From a virus: a stretch of DNA of 13,264 nucleotides. Below are positions 1 to 5,887 of the stretch, in pieces. Each line of letters starts with the position of its first letter. The stretch's first letter is position 1. A model generated the notes under the pieces. The model did no database searches. It saw only the letters and a program-made list of their open reading frames with translations, and had not been told where the DNA came from. The stretch lies in IMG/VR virus record IMGVR_UViG_3300045988_145246, one strand, 5' to 3'. Position numbers and translations under genes: made by a program.

Positions 1-131
1 CGCCTATATAGGTATCCGTGTACGGCGGACATTTGTCCGTCCCCCACGGACACACATGTCTGTCTGTCACGCACACACTCGAGACGTTTTGTCTTTCCTG
101 GGCGAACAGGTATTACAGTACATTTTGTTCT
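1..131. repeat. Left inverted terminal repeat. Core 1-110 is ~90% identical to the reverse complement of the right end, with a weaker extension to ~131. It contains a perfect hairpin gtccgt-ccccc-acggac (35-51), the palindrome ccgtgtacgg (16-25) and a (tgtc)3 run (58-69).
   Basis: Reverse complement of 13134-13264 aligns base-for-base with 1-131. Positions 1-84 have 5 mismatches (36, 38, 54-56) and 85-110 have about 5 more. The ITR is GC-rich against an AT-rich genome. Confidence 0.9.
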
Positions 132-140
132 CATAAAGAC

Positions 141-165
141 AAAAAAGAAAGGCGGTAAACCGCCT
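141..165 (-). terminator. Intrinsic terminator for leftward (early) transcription, at the ITR boundary.
   Basis: On the minus strand the RNA reads AGGCGG-UUUA-CCGCCU (plus 150-165), a 6-bp GC-rich stem with a tetraloop. It is followed immediately by UUCUUUUUU (reverse complement of 141-149). Confidence 0.7.
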
Positions 166-233
166 AACTTTAAAGTGAGTCTATTAAAAGTGTTAGTAGA
201 AAAATTAATATTCCTGCATAGATAAATACTGTC

Positions 234-262
234 ATTATATCACCCTCATAAATCTCTTTAAA
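234..262 (-). promoter_or_regulatory. Candidate extended -10 promoter firing leftward: TGaTATAAT with a weak -35 (TTTAAA) at 17-bp spacing.
   Basis: The reverse complement of 234-242 is tgatataat, a perfect TGnTATAAT. The reverse complement of 257-262 is tttaaa. It sits ~70-85 nt upstream of the 141-165 terminator. Confidence 0.3.
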
Positions 263-364
263 TAAAAATCTTTCCATTTTCTGTTATTTCTATAAACACA
301 CTGTATATATTTATTAGCATGTTTACATGTACTTTCATTAACACATCCCTTACATTCATTGTAT

Positions 365-484
365 TTATTCTTTATCATCTTTAAACCATCCTACAATAAT
401 ATCAATAGCAAGCAGCAACATTGTAACAATAAATATCCCTAAAGCACCTGTTAATAAATAATATAAAGTAAGAAATTCTCTCAT
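365..484 (-). CDS. Unannotated micro-ORF encoding a 39-aa single-pass membrane peptide (MREFLTLYYLLTGALGIFIVTMLLLAIDIIVGWFKDDKE). It is translationally coupled to the polymerase gene (ATGA overlap). It may be analogous to the phi29 p1 membrane protein encoded downstream of the polymerase.
   Basis: Hand translation of the reverse complement of 365-484. The ATG (482-484) overlaps the polymerase TGA stop (481-483). The peptide is one hydrophobic helix plus a charged tail. GGAGA lies 13 nt upstream. It is below the ORF-track size cut-off. Confidence 0.45.
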   Translation of the reverse strand: MREFLTLYYLLTGALGIFIVTMLLLAIDIIVGWFKDDKE

Positions 485-2544
485 AATCTTTTAATCTTCT
501 CCGTTTCTTTAAATAAGTTCCAATTTTCGGCATCCATCAGAACTCTGCTATACTCGTCTGTGATACCAATTTCATAGGTTGTCGGTCGTAGCACAATGTT
601 ACTTCTAATATCAATGTCATGACCTTCTTGTCCATCTGGATTATACATACCGTAATCCAGGTCATTGTAACGTGATTCCAGTTTTCCACAGTTCGAGAAA
701 ACGAAACCGATTTTAAAATTTTCCAGTGTTTTAAGTTCTTTAGCACCTTCTTTCTTTGGCACACCAGCAATGGTGATTCCGAATTTTCCGTCTTCATATT
801 CATATGCATATTTTTTCGCCCCCAATGTTTTGAATTCCTTGTATTTTCTCTCTTGTTCATAAACTCCTAGATAATGTGTTTTACCGAATGAATCAGTCGC
901 ATAACCTTTGTTATTTATACTCCTTTCTCTAATTTCATTGTTTAATTTTGTTATGTTATCCAAAATTTTGTTGTAATTGTCACTGATAATAAATTTCACA
1001 GAATCGGTATCACAGTAAACAAAATCATCACCCACAATGTTAATCATAAGTTTAAGATAATATCTAGCCCAACAGGTCACCCAACAACCCCATGCATATG
1101 ATAGAAAAGCTTTTTTATTATGTTTTTCCATAGCTTCATGTAAATCTTGCACAGGTTCAACTCTGAATGGTTTTTCACCATCATTGTATATGATCTCTGG
1201 TCTGATAGGATTTTGAGCACACATTCCATAAAGTGAATTAATGAGTTCTTTACTTTTCATGTAGTCAACTTCTTTTTCTTCAATGCCCTTTAGTTCTGTC
1301 TTATTTTTAAATAATGTGATAATCAGATTTCTTAATCCTTCTGGTAGGTAACCATATTTTGCAGTATAAACTGAAATGATTTCTATATCAAAATCATATT
1401 CGTTAATAATTATTTTATAATCAATATCAGTGAGTGATAAAACAATTCTATCACATGATAGCACTCTACCATTATCACATACAGGTTCTGACAGTTCTAA
1501 TGCTTTATCTTTGCTTATATATGGTGCACCATAGTAAACGTCTTTCTGACGAACATTTGTTAGTACAAATTTTCCGATAAAACATGAGTGTCGTCTTTCA
1601 CAAAGCTCAAGTAACTCATTAATATTATCAACCATACGTGGTGCAAAATTGCTCATTGGAAATTCACAGTTGAGCATCACATCTGGGTAACTACTCGCTC
1701 TATCCCAGCTGTCTACATTTTCCAGTATCTTATTTGAATGATACCGATTAGCGTGCGTATCACCGCCTCTGAATTCGTTTCGCAAAAGAATGTAAACAGT
1801 TTCATCGAAAAACATTTCATGTAACTGTTTATAGTTGAAGCTTTTCATAGCTTGTTTTGCTTTTCGTCTTACATATCCAGTGGACGTTAAAGGCAGACTA
1901 TAGAGAGTATCGCCATCATTATCCATTCTTTTTTTCATGGCTTCTACCAAACCTATGACATCATTTACTGAATATGCAATTTCATAGTTATCCATTTCAG
2001 TCCAGGGAAACCGTTTTTTGCTATAGTCAAATTTTTCACCACTTAATTTGCTGTGTTCCACTTTCATGTCACTGGTGAATTTTTTCAGACTTTTGTTGGT
2101 CTGTAGATAACTGCATCGAAAAACTATGTTATTAGATTTACAACTTAAAATTTTTCTACTTTTCAATGCAAAAACGTCGGTTATTTCTAACCAGTGCCGA
2201 AAGAACTGAAATTCATATGATAAGTTATGAACGAAAATTAAAGTTGATAAATATTCATCATTAATTTCATTAATCAGATTGACAAAAGAATTCCAGTTTC
2301 TATCATAGCAATAGTAGACGATTTCAGTTTCTAAATCCATCATTGCAAACTGCCATATGTACATAAAAGACTGTTCATTTTCTTTTTCGTATGTGGTTTC
2401 TATATCGAAGGCACAAATACACTTTCGGAAAGCGGTTTTATCCCATCTATGTCTGCCTTTAAAGTTTCTATCTGCTTTTACCCCCTTTACTAAATTTATC
2501 ATTTTTTGAACGTCTACTAAAGAAGTCTTTTCTGTACTCATCAT
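481..2544 (-). CDS. Protein-primed family-B DNA polymerase (phi29/PRD1/adenovirus class).
   Basis: Exo I FDIETT, Exo II HNLSYEFQF, Exo III YSVND, motif A DRASSYPD, motif B KELINSLYGMCAQN, motif C YCDTDS and a KKY (KxY) motif, all in canonical order. The polymerase sits at the end of a linear genome with ITRs. Confidence 0.95.
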   Translation of the reverse strand: MMSTEKTSLVDVQKMINLVKGVKADRNFKGRHRWDKTAFRKCICAFDIETTYEKENEQSFMYIWQFAMMDLETEIVYYCYDRNWNSFVNLINEINDEYLSTLIFVHNLSYEFQFFRHWLEITDVFALKSRKILSCKSNNIVFRCSYLQTNKSLKKFTSDMKVEHSKLSGEKFDYSKKRFPWTEMDNYEIAYSVNDVIGLVEAMKKRMDNDGDTLYSLPLTSTGYVRRKAKQAMKSFNYKQLHEMFFDETVYILLRNEFRGGDTHANRYHSNKILENVDSWDRASSYPDVMLNCEFPMSNFAPRMVDNINELLELCERRHSCFIGKFVLTNVRQKDVYYGAPYISKDKALELSEPVCDNGRVLSCDRIVLSLTDIDYKIIINEYDFDIEIISVYTAKYGYLPEGLRNLIITLFKNKTELKGIEEKEVDYMKSKELINSLYGMCAQNPIRPEIIYNDGEKPFRVEPVQDLHEAMEKHNKKAFLSYAWGCWVTCWARYYLKLMINIVGDDFVYCDTDSVKFIISDNYNKILDNITKLNNEIRERSINNKGYATDSFGKTHYLGVYEQERKYKEFKTLGAKKYAYEYEDGKFGITIAGVPKKEGAKELKTLENFKIGFVFSNCGKLESRYNDLDYGMYNPDGQEGHDIDIRSNIVLRPTTYEIGITDEYSRVLMDAENWNLFKETEKIKRL

Positions 2545-2977
2545 ATCTTTCTAATAACTCCTTTTTGCTTAGTTCTGGATTTTCCTGATAAATATTGATG
2601 GCTCTTTCACTATCGTAAATAGTTCCGATAGAGAATTCACGCACTGATTCCATGAAATCTTCAAATCTTCTTATATCTTTAATATTTCTTACTCTGTCTT
2701 TTCCTAGTTCCTGTTGTAACCATGTAACACGTTCTTTTCTTTTTCGTTTTCGTTCTGCCTGCGTCCAGTTTATCTGATTAGCCTTTTCTGCTTCTTTCAT
2801 AGCATATGCCAAATCTCTTGAATCCTTTAACTGACTTACTGGTTTCAAACGCTCTTTATAGTAATTGATAGTGTTTTGGATGTCTCTACCATAAGGGCTT
2901 TTTTCAAGTTTTTTTATCTTTTGTAAAACCTGTTTTCTCAAGTTGCTATAACTGGCTTGCTTTTGCTTTTTAGTCAT
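2468..2977 (-). CDS. 169-aa strongly basic (K/R-rich, coiled-coil ERKRKRKER) protein immediately upstream of the polymerase. It is a candidate terminal (priming) protein or another DNA-binding replication protein.
   Basis: Its position relative to the polymerase matches the TP-pol arrangement of phi29-like phages. The 3' end overlaps the polymerase 5' end by 77 nt out of frame. I recognise no diagnostic motif. It is small for a terminal protein. Confidence 0.4.
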   Translation of the reverse strand: MTKKQKQASYSNLRKQVLQKIKKLEKSPYGRDIQNTINYYKERLKPVSQLKDSRDLAYAMKEAEKANQINWTQAERKRKRKERVTWLQQELGKDRVRNIKDIRRFEDFMESVREFSIGTIYDSERAINIYQENPELSKKELLERYDEYRKDFFSRRSKNDKFSKGGKSR

Positions 2978-3137
2978 TTTTATTCAATCTTCTTTCTTTT
3001 ATAAACTCTTTAAAGATTTTAGAATCATTAATCAAAATACCTATAGTACTGCTAACACTTCTGTTGTTCTCAAGAGCATACTGCTTTAATGCTGTTAGCA
3101 TTTCAATGTCAAAATTGATTGATGTAGTTGTTTTCAT
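2970..3137 (-). CDS. Unannotated 55-aa ribbon-helix-helix (Arc/MetJ/CopG-type) DNA-binding regulator (MKTTTSINFDIEMLTALKQYALENNRSVSSTIGILINDSKIFKEFIKERRLNKND).
   Basis: I verified the codon-by-codon translation of the reverse complement of 2970-3137. The order is an N-terminal beta-strand (SINFDIEM), then helix A (LTALKQYALENN), then NRSVSS..I helix B, which is the RHH signature (compare Arc ..NGRSVNSEI..). AAGGGGG RBS lies 9 nt upstream. Its TAA stop overlaps the ATG of the next gene. It is below the ORF-track cut-off. Confidence 0.6.
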   Translation of the reverse strand: MKTTTSINFDIEMLTALKQYALENNRSVSSTIGILINDSKIFKEFIKERRLNKND

Positions 3138-3153
3138 TTTTTGTCGCCCCCTT

Positions 3154-3408
3154 TTATTCCACTGTGATTATTTGATTATTTATTGTTTTAATGCTCAAAG
3201 ATAAAAATGAACAAATAAGATAATCATAGGAGGAATCGTTTTCAGAGTAAATTTCAAATTGTTCTGATGCAATATCATATGCTAGAATATATTCCACTGT
3301 ATTAAATTTAATTTCATTGATAGTTATAAATTTGTTAGTTTCCCACAAATTAAATAAATAATTTTTTAATTCATCTTCATCATAAAAGTTTTTTATATTA
3401 TTTTCCAT
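3154..3408 (-). CDS. 84-aa very acidic small early protein (net charge about -10, no Arg). Candidate DNA-mimic anti-defence protein.
   Basis: ORF with a strong RBS (AAAGGAGGTGATAAATA-ATG). About 17 D/E against 7 K. Early leftward operon, immediately upstream of the RHH regulator. Confidence 0.65.
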   Translation of the reverse strand: MENNIKNFYDEDELKNYLFNLWETNKFITINEIKFNTVEYILAYDIASEQFEIYSENDSSYDYLICSFLSLSIKTINNQIITVE

Positions 3409-3500
3409 TATTTATCACCTCCTTTCGTATTATCATACCATTCAGCTAAAATTATTAGCCAGATACCTGCACAAATTCCTAACAAAAATGAAGCTATCAT
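3408..3500 (-). CDS. Unannotated micro-ORF encoding a 30-aa single-TM peptide (MIASFLLGICAGIWLIILAEWYDNTKGGDK). ATGA-coupled to the upstream gene, and its TAATG junction overlaps the downstream gene.
   Basis: Hand-verified translation of the reverse complement of 3408-3500. The ATG overlaps the TGA of the 82-aa ORF. Its 3' end carries the RBS of the next gene. Confidence 0.4.
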   Translation of the reverse strand: MIASFLLGICAGIWLIILAEWYDNTKGGDK

Positions 3501-3745
3501 AATATCACCTTATAAGAATGATCAGTAGAGATACTTTTTATATGTGATGAAATTATACCACAGATAAAAGCCCCATCATTGGCATATATTTTAATAAAGT
3601 TGTTCGGTGTTTCGTCAGTAGTTTTATCAAAATAAATCTTTGTTTCATTAGTTAAAAATGATATCTCATTAATGTTTACAACTACCTCATTTTTCCATCC
3701 GTCTGTTAAAATTGCTACTAATTTTTCTCTAGTTTTGATTGTCAT
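3497..3745 (-). CDS. 82-aa hypothetical early protein, first gene of the leftward operon.
   Basis: ORF with RBS AAAGGAAA 8 nt before the ATG. Function not recognisable. Confidence 0.65.
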   Translation of the reverse strand: MTIKTREKLVAILTDGWKNEVVVNINEISFLTNETKIYFDKTTDETPNNFIKIYANDGAFICGIISSHIKSISTDHSYKVIL

Positions 3746-3798
3746 TGTATTATTTTCCTTTCTTTAACTACTTTGTTTTCTTGTTCCTTACAAGTATT

Positions 3799-3827
3799 AT
3801 AATATCACAAGTGCTATTAAATGTCAA
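3799..3827 (-). promoter_or_regulatory. Candidate leftward early promoter: -35 TTGACA (reverse complement of 3822-3827), 17-bp spacer, -10 TATTAT (reverse complement of 3799-3804). Alternatively, a perfect TATAAT (reverse complement of 3796-3801) at 20-bp spacing.
   Basis: Read on the minus strand. It lies in the 239-bp divergent intergenic region upstream of the 3745 start. It overlaps a 10-bp palindrome TATTATAATA (3795-3804). Confidence 0.4.
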
Positions 3828-3879
3828 TAACTTTCAACAACTTTTTAGAAAAAATTCTTTCCTTATTATATACACCAAA

Positions 3880-3940
3880 ACAAGCACTAAAATAAAAACC
3901 TAAATTTCCTATTGACAATAAACATAAACAATGCTATAAT
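3880..3940 (+). promoter_or_regulatory. Strong rightward sigma-A promoter: -35 TTGACA (3912-3917), 17-bp spacer, -10 TATAAT (3935-3940), with A-tract UP-element-like sequence upstream (3880-3911).
   Basis: Perfect consensus hexamers at optimal spacing. It is followed by a ~38-nt A-rich leader and an AAAGGAG RBS for the 3985 ORF. Confidence 0.75.
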
Positions 3941-3984
3941 AACAATGTAAACAAAAACAACACAAAATAAAAGGAGAACAAAGC

Positions 3985-4206
3985 ATGACAAGAACCATCA
4001 TTACAACACATTACAAAGCTACAACCCCATCCGGTGAAGTTGTAGAAGGTGAAGTTATCACCTCAATGTCAGGCAGACAGCTTGTAAAGTACATTAAAAA
4101 AGTACATGGCATTGAAGAATTTGAACTTTCAACTCACTACACTAGTGACAAGTATGAACTTTCTGATGAAGACTTCATCAGATATGCTACAAAAGTAGAA
4201 AAATAA
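3985..4206 (+). CDS. 73-aa small acidic hypothetical protein, first rightward gene.
   Basis: ORF with RBS AAAAGGAGAACAAAGC-ATG. No recognisable domain. Confidence 0.65.
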   Translation: MTRTIITTHYKATTPSGEVVEGEVITSMSGRQLVKYIKKVHGIEEFELSTHYTSDKYELSDEDFIRYATKVEK

Positions 4207-4264
4207 TTATAACTTTTTTTGCAGGTCTTTCCTAAATTACATCACTAAATAACTGAATAATATG

Positions 4265-4336
4265 CACTCATTATATGTAACCTCACAAAATCAAAAAATT
4301 TGCACGGTTTCTCATCAAGCTGTCATATAATGAGTG
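4265..4336. promoter_or_regulatory. Perfect 13-bp inverted repeat: CACTCATTATATG (4265-4277) and CATATAATGAGTG (4324-4336), separated by 46 bp. The right arm embeds a plus-strand TATAAT (4326-4331) and the left arm a minus-strand TATAAT. A TTGCAC -35-like hexamer sits at 4300-4305 with non-optimal 20-bp spacing.
   Basis: Found by direct reverse-complement comparison. Located between the stop of the 73-aa ORF and the RBS of the 119-aa ORF. Confidence 0.4.
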
Positions 4337-4363
4337 AAATAAAAATCAAAAAGGAGAACAAAT

Positions 4364-4723
4364 ATGGAAATCGTAAAAACAAACATCATGGACAACGAAT
4401 GGAACATGGATATCAGTTATGATATGTTTGAAAGTCCAGACCGTCAGTCAGTAAAAGACAACAGTGGGGAAATTGCAACAATCCAGAAATTTGCCATCTA
4501 TGAAGAGTATGATAATACTGGAAATGTTATGCGATTGTTAACAATGCTTACCATTACTGGTAATGTATATGTTACTTCTTCACCTGCATTTATCCGCACA
4601 TTTGAAAGAATTGCGGAACTAGCACAGCGTTCTCATTTAGACACATTCACAATCACATTCAGAAAAGAAAAAAGCAAAAACAACCGTGAGTACATGACAG
4701 CAATATATGTTAAAGAATCTTAA
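4364..4723 (+). CDS. 119-aa hypothetical protein.
   Basis: ORF with RBS AAAAAGGAGAACAAAT-ATG, nearly identical in context to the 3985 RBS. Its 3' end overlaps the ATPase gene start by 17 nt. Confidence 0.7.
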   Translation: MEIVKTNIMDNEWNMDISYDMFESPDRQSVKDNSGEIATIQKFAIYEEYDNTGNVMRLLTMLTITGNVYVTSSPAFIRTFERIAELAQRSHLDTFTITFRKEKSKNNREYMTAIYVKES

Positions 4724-5765
4724 ACTATACAACGAACAAGGATATCTAAATTTTAAGGGGATAGTCGAACAAGGCTATCCCTTTAATTTTATCTGGGGCG
4801 GTCGTGGAACAGGTAAAACTTTCGGGGCATTAGAATATTGCATAAAAAATAAACAAGTGTTCATGTACTCACGAACAAAACAGACACAGTTAGACATCAT
4901 CAAAAACCCCGAACTTACACCAGTTAAAGCAATCAATGATTACCGTCGCACCAATATCCAGCCATTTCCAATATCCAAAATCGCAGGGTTCTATAATTGT
5001 GTTGTAAATGAAGAAGGAAAGAACATTCCAGACGGATTACCTCTAGGATATGCGTCAGCTATCAGTACAATTTCCAACCTACGAGGATTCTCAGCAGAAG
5101 ACGTTAAAATCTGGATATATGATGAGTTCATTCCTCAGAAGGGGGATAAAGTACAACGTGGGGTAGCGGAATCGTTTCTGCATGGTTACGAAACAATGAA
5201 CCGTAACCGTGAGTTGCAGGGCAAACCCCCCATACAGGTGTTCTGTCTTTCCAACAGTGACAATGTAGGTTGTGAGCTATTCGCTCAGTTAGGATTAATC
5301 CGAAAAGTATCAGAAATGTCACGGAAAAAACGTGAAACATATTACATTAAAGACAGAGGTATCGCATTATATAATCTGTGTAACTCTCCTATTTCCAAAC
5401 TTAAGGCAGAAACCTCACTCTATAAAATGACAGGAAAAGACAGCGGTTTTGCACAACTGTCACTGGAAAATGAATTTTTCGACATGGATTTCTCAGACGT
5501 AAAACCCCAAAACTTAACTGAATATGTCCCACTTCTGTTCTTCGGGGAAATTGCAATATATACCCATAAGTCTCAGGAAAAACTCTATGTCTGCAAACAC
5601 AGACAAGGCACACCAGAGGAATGCTACAATGCAGTAACCGACAAAGCTATTTTGGCACTCAAACGGAAATACTCCTGGATATGGAATATATACTACCTCA
5701 ACGATCTCATCTATTTTTCCGACCTTGAATCGAAGTATCTACTTGACACTTATTTCCACATGTGA
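4707..5765 (+). CDS. DNA packaging (encapsidation) ATPase of the phi29 gp16 type.
   Basis: Arginine-containing Walker A FIWGGRGTGKTF (compare phi29 gp16 GARGIGKS, from memory). Walker B IWIYDEF. A downstream NRNRE...CLSN block that I recall as conserved in gp16 (NRERVRCICLSN). Similar size (352 aa). Confidence 0.85.
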   Translation: MLKNLKLYNEQGYLNFKGIVEQGYPFNFIWGGRGTGKTFGALEYCIKNKQVFMYSRTKQTQLDIIKNPELTPVKAINDYRRTNIQPFPISKIAGFYNCVVNEEGKNIPDGLPLGYASAISTISNLRGFSAEDVKIWIYDEFIPQKGDKVQRGVAESFLHGYETMNRNRELQGKPPIQVFCLSNSDNVGCELFAQLGLIRKVSEMSRKKRETYYIKDRGIALYNLCNSPISKLKAETSLYKMTGKDSGFAQLSLENEFFDMDFSDVKPQNLTEYVPLLFFGEIAIYTHKSQEKLYVCKHRQGTPEECYNAVTDKAILALKRKYSWIWNIYYLNDLIYFSDLESKYLLDTYFHM

Positions 5766-5887
5766 TACAATGTCTTTAGAGGGCAGACATATGTGTGCAG
5801 TTCAAGGACAACCGTCGGAAACGGTGAACGTGCGTTCGTCCAACGCAAAAGGCACACCTGCCCCACTAAATAAAAGGGGGTTGACCA
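5766..5887 (+). other. 122-nt GC-rich (~50% GC against ~33% genome) non-coding spacer with a dense, perfectly nested stem-loop architecture including a three-way junction. Candidate structured RNA or regulatory element.
   Basis: Stems atgtct/agacat (5770-5775 / 5785-5790) and gtgtgc/gcacac (5793-5798 / 5852-5857). Stem ggac/gtcc (5806-5809 / 5838-5841) encloses two abutting hairpins, accgt-cggaa-acggt (5811-5825) and gaac-gtgc-gttc (5826-5837). The overlapping 65-aa ORF (5725-5922) looks spurious. Confidence 0.3.

Noticed and set aside
258-359. Second possible micro-ORF (33 aa, MNVRDVLMKVHVNMLINIYSVFIEITENGKIFI) on the minus strand downstream of the 39-aa peptide gene
   Set aside because: No RBS and no start/stop coupling. 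It overlaps the candidate extended -10 promoter. An AT-rich region generates such frames by chance. Kept only as a note.
537-860. 107-aa minus-strand ORF nested inside the polymerase gene in another frame
   Set aside because: It is entirely contained in a long, motif-supported CDS. It has no RBS and its protein-like character is weak. Typical out-of-frame artefact.
3822-3896. 24-aa plus-strand ORF inside the divergent promoter region
   Set aside because: No RBS. It lies across predicted promoter elements of both strands.
5128-5613. Two 70-aa minus-strand ORFs antisense to the packaging ATPase
   Set aside because: Antisense to a well-supported gene. Cys/Arg-rich nonsense-like translations.
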